This document shows, in pieces, positions 32,693-40,000 of a stretch of 40,000 nt of DNA; position 1 is the stretch's first letter, and every line of letters starts with the position of its first letter. Location of the stretch: positions 796,755 to 836,754 of the forward strand of contig NZ_JAMJWD020000001.1 in NCBI RefSeq assembly GCF_023554255.2, written 5' to 3'. Both the position numbers and the translations under genes were made by a program. The notes beneath the pieces are model-generated. The model was given only the letters and a program-made list of their open reading frames with translations, did not search any database and was not told the DNA's origin. Origin of the DNA: Phyllobacterium sp. 21LDTY02-6. GTDB lineage: Bacteria > Pseudomonadota > Alphaproteobacteria > Rhizobiales > Rhizobiaceae.

Positions 32693-33223
32693 ATGGCTCT
32701 GACCACCACTCCGGGCGCTGTTGATGTCGATAGCTATGCCGATGTCGCCGCTTTCAAGACCTATGCCGGTAACATGGGCTATGACATAGCCGATAAGACA
32801 GATCCGGAGATTGAGCAGGCACTACGCCGCGGCACGCGCTGGATTGACGCCACATATGGCGCGCGGTTCGTTGGCTCGCCTACGGATAGCGCGCAGGCGT
32901 TAGAGTGGCCGCGCACAGGAGCGAAATGGAGAGGTTCGGAGCTTCCGGACGATGTTATCCCATCGCAAGTTAAGAACGCGACAAGTGAAGCCGCTTGGCG
33001 CGAACTGACTGCGCCCGGATCACTGTCGCCTGACTACAATGGAGCAGACCAGATCAAACGGGAGCGCAAGAAGGTCGGCGAGCTGGAAAAAGAGATCGAA
33101 TATGCCGACGGATCATTCAGCCAGGCTGCATCTGTCCCGGTGTTCTCGGTCATTGACGGCATCCTGTCATCGCTCATCGGCGCAAAGCAATCCAATCTCT
33201 TCGGATCGGCAGCGAGGGCATAA
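32693..33223 (+). CDS. Head-tail connector / adaptor (gp6-like, DnaT-like fold family)
   Basis: 176 aa. SYADVAAFKTYAGNMGYD...IEQALRRGTRWIDATYGARFVG...LEWPR pattern plus its position. Confidence 0.6.
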   Translation: MALTTTPGAVDVDSYADVAAFKTYAGNMGYDIADKTDPEIEQALRRGTRWIDATYGARFVGSPTDSAQALEWPRTGAKWRGSELPDDVIPSQVKNATSEAAWRELTAPGSLSPDYNGADQIKRERKKVGELEKEIEYADGSFSQAASVPVFSVIDGILSSLIGAKQSNLFGSAARA

Positions 33224-33588
33224 TGGCTGTCGAGAAGTTTGACTATCTGGAAGCGCAAACCGACGCCCTCGAACTGCTTGAGGAATTCGGCGCCGCTGGC
33301 GAGATATGGCGCGAAGTTCCCGGATCTGGTCCGATCTATGATCCGGGTGATCCGACGATCCAGAAGACGCCCTGCACCGCAGCAATACTCGCTATCGAAC
33401 TGAAGGATGTGGACGGAACTCTCGTCAAATCGACTGATAAGACCGCCTATGTCGCCGCCAGACTTGCGATCGAGCCAACCACCACTGACAGGCTGCAGTT
33501 CAACGGCAAGAGCTACACCATCATAAAGGTCGCGCCGCTACAGCCGGCAGCGACCGTCGTTTATCACAAGCTGTTCGTTCGGAGTTAA
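33223..33588 (+). CDS. Hypothetical head-tail joining protein (121 aa)
   Basis: TAATG coupling to the upstream gene. Confidence 0.5.
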   Translation: MAVEKFDYLEAQTDALELLEEFGAAGEIWREVPGSGPIYDPGDPTIQKTPCTAAILAIELKDVDGTLVKSTDKTAYVAARLAIEPTTTDRLQFNGKSYTIIKVAPLQPAATVVYHKLFVRS

Positions 33589-34148
33589 TTGCCCTCTAAC
33601 TTGGTAAGTACCCGCTCGAATGTCCGGAGTATCTTAAGAGCATCGTCCAAAACCTCACCATTGCGTTGGTCAGATCGATAAAATCCGTTGATGCGGTCCT
33701 TATAGTCGGACATCTCATTGAGGAATTCGAGGCCAATTTTGTTTGCGGTTTCAGGCGCGTACCTGATTAGACCCATCATCGATGTATGGATTAGGCCGAT
33801 GTCAAATGACAATTGGCTAGCTATGGAGTCGTAACGATGAAGGTCGCTGAAACTCATCAACAGTACAGTATTTCCAAAAGCGAACCGCTCCTCTAAGGGC
33901 AATACTTTCCCAAAATCACTTTTGGCCAAGAATTTAATCAGTTTTTCCACGTTGGCCATCCCATTACGTATGGAGCGCTGAAAACCTTCCGCCATCGCAT
34001 CGCTGGCACTGGTCGCCGGTAATGTGCGCCGGTCTTTATAAGCGATGCCGGCTTGAACCACTGACGCTGCCGCAGCAACTGCAGCGATCGCAATGCTAAT
34101 GATTACGAATGGGTCAGGATCAACTCTTGGCACTGTGTCTTCTGTCAT
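33585..34148 (-). CDS. Antisense membrane-anchored hypothetical protein (187 aa)
   Basis: Internal start MTEDTVPRVDPDPFVIISIAIAAVAAAASVVQAGIAY after AGAGGGG. One TM helix plus a helical domain. AT-richer than the flanking structural genes. Confidence 0.6.
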   Translation of the reverse strand: MTEDTVPRVDPDPFVIISIAIAAVAAAASVVQAGIAYKDRRTLPATSASDAMAEGFQRSIRNGMANVEKLIKFLAKSDFGKVLPLEERFAFGNTVLLMSFSDLHRYDSIASQLSFDIGLIHTSMMGLIRYAPETANKIGLEFLNEMSDYKDRINGFYRSDQRNGEVLDDALKILRTFERVLTKLEGN

Positions 34149-34299
34149 AAGCCCCTCTAAGGAATCCCAAATGAACGCGCAGTATTGGATGCTCGGCTTA
34201 AACGCGTTCACGACGGTGATGATCCTCCTAAATCTTTACGTTACGCTTAAGAGGCGCTGACATGCTCAAGCGCTTTTCAGCCCGCGAGAAGTTCTGACT

Positions 34300-35346
34300 A
34301 TGGCCGGCAACCGCAGCATCTTTGAGCAGCTTCTAGACAAGTATGATCAGCGGCTTGCCGAGGCGTTCTTCCAGGGCATTGACGCAATCAAGTCGGGCAT
34401 TACGCTTCGCGTCGTGGCCGAGCGGCTTGAGAAGGGCGACATCGCCGGCGCGATCGATGCGATGCACCTGGAGCCGGAAGCGTTCTCAGCGTTGGAGGTC
34501 GCGCTTACCGAGGCGTACAACGCCGGCGGCACGAGCCTTGTCGAGAACCTGCCGAGGATCAAAGATACAGAAGGCAACCGTGTGATCTTCCGCTTTGGCG
34601 TCCGCAATCCGGAAGCTGAAGCAGAGCTGCGATATCATTCCTCGCAACTTGTTTCGCGCATCGTCGAGGATCAGCGGACAGCCATCCGCCAGGCGCTGCA
34701 GGAGGGATTCTCGGCCGGCCGCAATCCAAATTCCGTCGCACTCGATGTCGTTGGACGGATCAACCGCGTAACCGGCAAGCGGGTGGGTGGAATAATCGGC
34801 CTGACGGCGCCACAGGAGCGCTTTGTGTCATCGGCGCGGGCCGAACTGCTCTCGAGCGATGCAACGCTTCTCAGGAACTACCTGTCGCGCCAGCGGCGGG
34901 ATAAGCGCTTTGATCGCACGGTCACGGCCGTTATTCGAGAGGGCAAAGCCATTCCTGCCGATGTGGTCGCGCGGATGGTGAGCAGATATTCCGACCGCCT
35001 GTTGCTGCTCAGGGGCGAAATGCTGGCGAGAACCGAGACCATGACGGCGATCGGCACGGCACGCGAGAATGCGATGCGTCAGCAGATCAGCGCAGGCAAG
35101 GTCGAAGCCTCGGACGTCCAGAAGATTTGGAGGTCCGCCGGCGACGGTCACGTCCGCCATACGCACCAGTCCTTGAACGGCAAGGCAGTCGGCATCGATC
35201 AAGTGTTTCAGAGCTCGTCCGGCGCAACGCTGCGCTATCCTGGCGATCCGCGGGCTCCGACGAATGAGATCGTCGGATGTCGCTGCCATTTGGAATACGA
35301 GATCGATTACTTCGCGTCCGTGGTACGGCGCTACAGGGCTGCGTGA
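34300..35346 (+). CDS. Head morphogenesis / minor capsid protein (SPP1 gp7 / Mu F family)
   Basis: 348 aa. ARTETMTAIGTARENA...WRSAGDGHVRHTHQSLNGK...GCRCHLEY is the Phage_Mu_F signature. Confidence 0.8.
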   Translation: MAGNRSIFEQLLDKYDQRLAEAFFQGIDAIKSGITLRVVAERLEKGDIAGAIDAMHLEPEAFSALEVALTEAYNAGGTSLVENLPRIKDTEGNRVIFRFGVRNPEAEAELRYHSSQLVSRIVEDQRTAIRQALQEGFSAGRNPNSVALDVVGRINRVTGKRVGGIIGLTAPQERFVSSARAELLSSDATLLRNYLSRQRRDKRFDRTVTAVIREGKAIPADVVARMVSRYSDRLLLLRGEMLARTETMTAIGTARENAMRQQISAGKVEASDVQKIWRSAGDGHVRHTHQSLNGKAVGIDQVFQSSSGATLRYPGDPRAPTNEIVGCRCHLEYEIDYFASVVRRYRAA

Positions 35347-35492
35347 TCTGAAAAAAAGGCGAGCCGCCGAGAATTGGAGAGTAGTTCGACGGCTCTGACC
35401 AGACGACGCAAGAGCGTTGAACGGCGCCAGATATGCAACAACGACTATGCTTCAAGATGCTCCAAATCGCAAATAGGCAAGAGTGATTAGCC

Positions 35493-35939
35493 ATGGCGAA
35501 ACTCTCGTTCAGCGCACAAGTCGCGGCCTTCGCCGAAAAGATACCGGGCGCGGTGGAAGCCGTTTTCAAGGAAAGCGTGCAAGAGGTTGTTTCGGAAATG
35601 CAAATGCCCGTTTCGGCCGGCGGGCGGATGCGAGTGGACACGGGATTTCTGCGAGCTTCCCTGCTGGCGTCGACGGCAGCAATGCCTTCCATCAACGCGG
35701 GCAAGACGCCGGTCGAAGGCGCAAGCTACAGCTATGACGGCGGGCAGATCGAAGCAGTTATTCTCGGCGCCGACATCAATGCCACCCTGTTCTTCGGCTA
35801 TACCGCTGCCTATGCCGGGCATCGGGAATACGGTTCAAACGGTCAGGCACCGGATGCGTTTGTTCGCTCGGCAGCGCAGCGGTGGGATATGATCGTCGAG
35901 AACAAGGCGCGGGAGCTTAAGGCACGCTTGGGTCTTTGA
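35493..35939 (+). CDS. HK97 gp10-family tail-completion/neck protein
   Basis: 148 aa. VDTGFLRASL...YAGHREYG motif. Confidence 0.75.
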   Translation: MAKLSFSAQVAAFAEKIPGAVEAVFKESVQEVVSEMQMPVSAGGRMRVDTGFLRASLLASTAAMPSINAGKTPVEGASYSYDGGQIEAVILGADINATLFFGYTAAYAGHREYGSNGQAPDAFVRSAAQRWDMIVENKARELKARLGL

Positions 35940-36126
35940 CAGCGATGTTCCTGTCGCTTTCCTCATCCATGGCCTTGAGCAAGCCCATCTGAACCAAAGC
36001 GATAGCACGGCGTGCGGCCTTCAGGCTTGTATCGCCGCGCACGGTTTCGCCTTCCTCACGGCCCAAAGCCAGAAGGGCAGTGTGCAACCGCTCATATGCC
36101 TGTTTGTCTGAAAGCTTATCGGCCAT
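35917..36126 (-). CDS. Possible antisense small helical protein (69 aa)
   Basis: It fills an otherwise 205-nt gap in a tightly packed module. No clear SD sequence. Confidence 0.3.
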   Translation of the reverse strand: MADKLSDKQAYERLHTALLALGREEGETVRGDTSLKAARRAIALVQMGLLKAMDEESDRNIAVKDPSVP

Positions 36127-36144
36127 TGCCGAAGGATTAACACG

Positions 36145-36561
36145 ATGGCCGCGACTGTAGAAGCGACAATTGCCGAGCTGCTCTTTGCGAGGGCCGCCGC
36201 GTTGGTCCTCAATCCGGTGCTTCCGGTAGCCTATCCTGGTCGATCATTCACCGCCCCGGCCGGTCCATATCTGCGCGTAGACTTCATACCAAACCGCACG
36301 GACAATCTCGGCCTCGCCTATGATGCCACGGCCCGTCATCAGGGAATTCTGCAGGTGATGGCGATCTATCCCGTCGGCGCGGGCATCATCAAGGCCACAG
36401 ACACCGGTGGGCTCATCGCCTCTCACTTCGCCAAGGGAACGATCCTCTACGGTTCCGGCGTCAAGCTCAAGGTCTACCAGAAGCCGAGCGTCGGCGGTCC
36501 GCTTATCGAGCCGGACAGGGTCAATGTGCCGGTAACGGTCCAATGGCGCAGCTTCAACTGA
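36145..36561 (+). CDS. Tail terminator-like protein (DUF4128-like)
   Basis: 138 aa. AAGGA RBS. Located just upstream of the major tail protein gene. Confidence 0.6.
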   Translation: MAATVEATIAELLFARAAALVLNPVLPVAYPGRSFTAPAGPYLRVDFIPNRTDNLGLAYDATARHQGILQVMAIYPVGAGIIKATDTGGLIASHFAKGTILYGSGVKLKVYQKPSVGGPLIEPDRVNVPVTVQWRSFN

Positions 36562-36619
36562 ATTCCGGACGATCCGGTCTAACCCGCCCCGACAGGGGTT
36601 TTATGGAAAGGAAAACCCC

Positions 36620-37114
36620 ATGGCCATTACGACAGCCACTGGCGCGAAATATTTTATCGGCGGCACGACCGCCATTGACTACACGACCGACGCAACTGCA
36701 ATCGCTGATTTCGAGGCGCTGACCTGGGTCGAGGTCAAGGAAGTCGAAGACGGCGGCGAGTTCGGCGATGAATCCTCCGACGTTACATTCCAATCGCTCG
36801 GCGACGGCCGCGTTCGCCATCTCAAGGGCGCCCGCGATGCAGGAACCATTGCCCTTGTTGTCGGCGACGATCCGCTCGATCCGGGCCAGGTGGCCATGCG
36901 GGCGGCCGAAAAGACCAAGTTCCAGTATAATTTCAAGGTCGAGTACGAGGACGCACCAAGCGCTCAATACGAGAACAGCGTCGATTATTTCCGCGGACTG
37001 GTGATGTCCGGCCGGAAGAACGTCGGTACCGGCGACAACGTGCTTCGGCGGACCTTCAATATCGGCATCTCGACCGAGATCCTCACCGTCGATACGGCCC
37101 TCATCACTCCCTGA
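36620..37114 (+). CDS. Major tail (tube) protein
   Basis: 164 aa. AAAGGA RBS. Its position, and a GC hairpin downstream (37126-37144), both fit. Confidence 0.7.
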   Translation: MAITTATGAKYFIGGTTAIDYTTDATAIADFEALTWVEVKEVEDGGEFGDESSDVTFQSLGDGRVRHLKGARDAGTIALVVGDDPLDPGQVAMRAAEKTKFQYNFKVEYEDAPSAQYENSVDYFRGLVMSGRKNVGTGDNVLRRTFNIGISTEILTVDTALITP

Positions 37115-37161
37115 TCCTCAACAACGGCCGGTCTCGCACCGGCCATCTCTACGGAGCAATC

Positions 37162-37575
37162 ATGTTTGATCTTTCCCAGTTCGATGGTCTCGCCTCCAAG
37201 CTCGAAGAAGGCTTTGACCTCGATATTCTTCATCCGGCAACGGGCGAAAAGACCGGCCTTGTGGTCAAGGTCGTGTCCTATCGGTCGGAGCGCGTGAAGC
37301 GCGTTCAGCGCCGGCTTGCCAATGAGGCACTCCGCGAAGGCAAGAAGAACCCGAAGAAGGTCGGCACCGTCGAGGAGATTGAAGAGCGCACCAACGAAAT
37401 CGTTGCGGCTTCGATCATCGGCTGGAACCTGACGCAGGGTGGCAAGCCGGTCGAATGCACGCCGGAAAATGTGCTCAAGGTCATCTCCAATCCGGATTAT
37501 TTCTTCATATCCGAGCAGGTCGATAAGGCGGCGGATGAAGACGCACATTTCGTGAAGCCCTCGCAGAAGAGCTGA
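37162..37575 (+). CDS. Tail assembly chaperone (gpG-like)
   Basis: 137 aa, acidic. Lies between the tube and tape-measure genes. Confidence 0.65.
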   Translation: MFDLSQFDGLASKLEEGFDLDILHPATGEKTGLVVKVVSYRSERVKRVQRRLANEALREGKKNPKKVGTVEEIEERTNEIVAASIIGWNLTQGGKPVECTPENVLKVISNPDYFFISEQVDKAADEDAHFVKPSQKS

Positions 37576-37622
37576 TCGACTTCGCGAGGGCGCATTTTAC
37601 GCCACGGCGGAAGAATGATCCG

Positions 37623-37943
37623 GTGCCGGAGCCGCCCGACTATACCGATTACATCTGGGATTGGTTCGTCCAGCTCCACAATTTGAGATCGATCGGCTTC
37701 AGCGCCAACCCGATCAGTTTCCTAGAGCTTGAGGCGTTCTGCCGGATCACCGGTGCCTTGATCACCCCATGGGAGCTGTCAGTGCTTCGCCGCATCGATC
37801 AGGCCGTTCTCGGCGTCATCAACAAGACCGACAGGCAGGCGCCAAGCGAGAGCCAGGCAACGACCGCGGACGTGGCGGAAGCAAAGCTCCGCATCAGAGG
37901 CGCGGTTGCAAATCGCCGGGTGGTTCAGCGCAACAAGGAATAG
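37623..37943 (+). CDS. Second tail-chaperone ORF (gpT-like; GTG start or -1 frameshift extension)
   Basis: Its reading frame is open from 37539 and is -1 relative to 37162..37575. The only start codon is GTG at 37623. Confidence 0.5.
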   Translation: MPEPPDYTDYIWDWFVQLHNLRSIGFSANPISFLELEAFCRITGALITPWELSVLRRIDQAVLGVINKTDRQAPSESQATTADVAEAKLRIRGAVANRRVVQRNKE

Positions 37944-37946
37944 AAC

Positions 37947-40000
37947 ATGCCGGACATTGCACAACTTGGCGTGGAAGCGACAGCCAGCGGCGTTGAACAG
38001 ACGGCGAGGGCGCTTGATCGGCTGACCGGCGCTGCCAAGCGTGTCGAGGCGGCAACGGACGCTATAGGCCCGACGTCGAGTAGGGCAGGCGCAATGGCAT
38101 CGCAGGCGGCCCAGGCTCATGCCACGGCCCTGAATGCCGAGGCTGCTGCCGCAACCCGCGCTTCCAACGCGATGAAGGTTCACGCCACGGCTGTCAGCGC
38201 CAGCGGCCGGCAATTGGTCGGTGCCAATACGAACGTCGCCAATCTCGCGGCCCAATTTCAGGACATCGGCGTTTCGGCGGCCATGTCAATGAACCCGTTG
38301 CAGATAGCACTGCAGCAGGGAACGCAGATCAGCGCCGTCCTCGGTCCAATGGGAGCCGCAGGCGCACTCAGGAGCTTGGGCGCCGCGTTCCTTTCCGTAA
38401 TATCGCCGGTCAGCTTGGTGACGATCGGCCTGGTTGCAGCAGTGGCCGCCGGTCTGCAGATGGTAGATTGGGCCAAGACCGGCGCCGCTGTCCTCGTAGG
38501 TCTTGCCGACAGTCTCGAGGTCATCGCCCCCTATGCCATCGGCGCTGCCTCTGCCTTGGCACTGCTCTACGCGCCAACGATAATCGCTGGCGTTGTGCAG
38601 ATCATTGCACTGCTCGGGCGAGTTGCTGTAGCTGCGACCGTTGCCGCTGCTGCTATGGTAGCGGCTAATCCCGGTCTTGCATTCATTGTTGGCATCACCG
38701 CCGCCGTCGCGGCGGCCAATGTGTTCCGAGATGAACTCACGAAAATATTCGGAATAGATATCGTCGCCGCTGCAAAGGATGGCGTTAATTCGCTCATTGC
38801 GACCTTTGTCGGCGCCTATCGCGGCATCAAGGCGACATGGAGTGCATTGCCAGCCGCGCTTGGCGATATCGTCTATTTGACCGCCAACGCCACGGTCAAA
38901 GGCGTTGAAACAATGATCAATGCCGTCATCAAGCTCATGAACGATTATATCGGCGGCGCTTATAACAGCATCTCCGGTTTCGCCAGCAAGGTCGGGGTCG
39001 ATATCGGCAAGTTCGGCGGGATAGGCGAGGTGTCCTTCGGCGGTGTTGCCAATCCCTATGCGGGTCAGGCAGCCGGCGTCGATAAGGCGGTCGCGGATGC
39101 AATCAAGGCTGCGCAAGGGCAGGATTATCTCGGCGACTTCGGAGCAGCGATCGCGAATGGCGCTTCCGCCGCATCGGGCAAGTTGAAAGAGCTTGCGAAG
39201 TCTTTGACCGATGTCGATGAAAAATCAAAGAAAAAGGGAAGCAAGGGCGGCAAGACCGATGCGGAACGCTACGAGGATATCGTCAGGGGAGCCGAACGTC
39301 GCATCGCCTCGCTGAGGGCGGAACAAGCGGCTGTCGGACTGACGGAAGAAGCTGCAGCCCGGTTGCGCTATGAGCAGGATCTGCTCAACCAGGCTCAGCG
39401 GGCCGGTATTGAGCTAACGGCAGCCCAGAAGACGGAACTTGCGGGCTTGGCTGGCAGCATGGCCTCGATAGAAGCTGCCACCAGAAAGGCGCAAGATGCT
39501 CTCGATCTGGCGAAGGACGTCAGCAACGGCTTCCTCTCCGATTTGCGCAGCGGCTTGCAGAACGGCGAGGGCTTCTGGAAGTCCTTCGGCAATGCCGCTT
39601 TGAACGTGCTCAACAAGATAATCGACAAGATACAGACGGATTTCGTCGATGCGATCTTCTCTGTCGGCGGAAGCGGCAGCGGAGGCGGCGGCTTTCTCAG
39701 ATCATTGTTCGGCGGGCTGTTCGGTGGTGGTTTTAAGGTTACGCCAGGTGCTGGCCTGTTTGCCTCGGGCGGCTATACCGGCAACGGCGGGGCCAGCCAG
39801 GCCGCCGGCATCGTCCATGGCGGTGAATTCGTGTTTTCCAAGAAGGCGACCGACAGGATTGGTATCGGCAACCTTGAAGCCATGCACAACCGCGCCAAAG
39901 GCTATGCCAGCGGCGGCTATGTGCCGACGATGACGAGCACTCCGTCCGCCCCGGCTGCCAACAGCAATGCACCGCAAGGCATTCATGTGACGATAGGCTG
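37947..40000 (+). CDS. Tail tape-measure protein (partial, continues beyond window)
   Basis: ATG at 37947 after AAGGA. By hand check the frame stays open to 40000. Ala/Gly-rich with TM-like segments and a late GGEFVFSKKATDRIGIGNLEAM motif. Confidence 0.85.
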   Translation, partial: MPDIAQLGVEATASGVEQTARALDRLTGAAKRVEAATDAIGPTSSRAGAMASQAAQAHATALNAEAAAATRASNAMKVHATAVSASGRQLVGANTNVANLAAQFQDIGVSAAMSMNPLQIALQQGTQISAVLGPMGAAGALRSLGAAFLSVISPVSLVTIGLVAAVAAGLQMVDWAKTGAAVLVGLADSLEVIAPYAIGAASALALLYAPTIIAGVVQIIALLGRVAVAATVAAAAMVAANPGLAFIVGITAAVAAANVFRDELTKIFGIDIVAAAKDGVNSLIATFVGAYRGIKATWSALPAALGDIVYLTANATVKGVETMINAVIKLMNDYIGGAYNSISGFASKVGVDIGKFGGIGEVSFGGVANPYAGQAAGVDKAVADAIKAAQGQDYLGDFGAAIANGASAASGKLKELAKSLTDVDEKSKKKGSKGGKTDAERYEDIVRGAERRIASLRAEQAAVGLTEEAAARLRYEQDLLNQAQRAGIELTAAQKTELAGLAGSMASIEAATRKAQDALDLAKDVSNGFLSDLRSGLQNGEGFWKSFGNAALNVLNKIIDKIQTDFVDAIFSVGGSGSGGGGFLRSLFGGLFGGGFKVTPGAGLFASGGYTGNGGASQAAGIVHGGEFVFSKKATDRIGIGNLEAMHNRAKGYASGGYVPTMTSTPSAPAANSNAPQGIHVTIG

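Larger units (their letters stand above)
9137..40000. mobile_element. Temperate siphovirus-type prophage (left part; right end outside window)
   Basis: A tyrosine integrase lies 23 nt from the tRNA-Cys 3' end. It is followed by xis, RecT, CI/Cro, replication, NusG-like, terminase, portal, capsid, tail and tape-measure genes in canonical order. Confidence 0.9.

Noticed and set aside
35087-35704. 205-aa minus-strand ORF
   Set aside because: It is antisense to the MuF-like and gp10-like genes. Arg/Ser/Ala-rich with no motif.
36587-36603. CCCC-GACA-GGGG-TTTTA mini-hairpin as a terminator
   Set aside because: The stem is only 4 bp. It lies between two co-transcribed tail genes and is likely insignificant.
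38286-39116. 276-aa minus-strand ORF, plus other ORFs inside the tape-measure region
   Set aside because: They are antisense or out of frame relative to a continuous open frame from 37947 to the window end. That frame has tape-measure-like composition and position.

Overview
GC-rich, alphaproteobacterium-like (Rhizobiales-type) DNA in two parts. All family assignments below are by-eye motif recognition plus the ORF track; no database or HMM search was possible.

(1) Positions 1-9136 are chromosomal. They carry nnr and a run of small stress-type genes: DUF2171, a KGG-repeat protein, an SDR, a TreS-like GH13 enzyme and an LLM-class oxidoreductase. Three of these have GGAAC-N17-GTT (EcfG / general-stress sigma-like) promoter motifs. 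tRNA-Asn(GUU) and tRNA-Cys(GCA) are also here.

(2) Positions ~9137-40000 are the left ~31 kb of a temperate siphovirus-type prophage. It is integrated immediately 3' of tRNA-Cys and runs off the window inside the tape-measure gene. Its layout is:
- int/xis
- a leftward early operon of ATGA-coupled small ORFs with RecT and an HNH protein
- an immunity region: an XRE-HTH+S24 CI-like repressor, a Cro-like gene, and five 34-bp-phased TGTACGAWAAT operator-like sites overlapping TACATT -10 boxes
- a rightward early operon: a GapR/DUF2312 fusion, two LexA-N-domain-only proteins, DUF1376 and a NusG-like antiterminator
- an AT-richer accessory block at 22.1-26.9 kb
- a late module: TerS, TerL, portal, scaffold, capsid, connectors, MuF-like, gp10-like, tail tube, chaperones and tape measure.

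The most interesting material is accessory:
- A cassette-insertion hotspot lies behind the NusG-like gene, marked by decayed duplicate copies of that gene's 3' end. It carries an orphan ClpP-fold protease-like protein, a DUF4279-like protein and a non-canonical tRNA-like element.
- A SieB-like / HExxH peptidase / XRE-HTH trio.
- An antisense SRA-HNH (type IV restriction-like) gene.
- A Zn-ribbon two-gene cassette beside the repressor.
- An antisense membrane-protein gene inside the head-tail module.
- A YciF-like gene with a host general-stress-type promoter.
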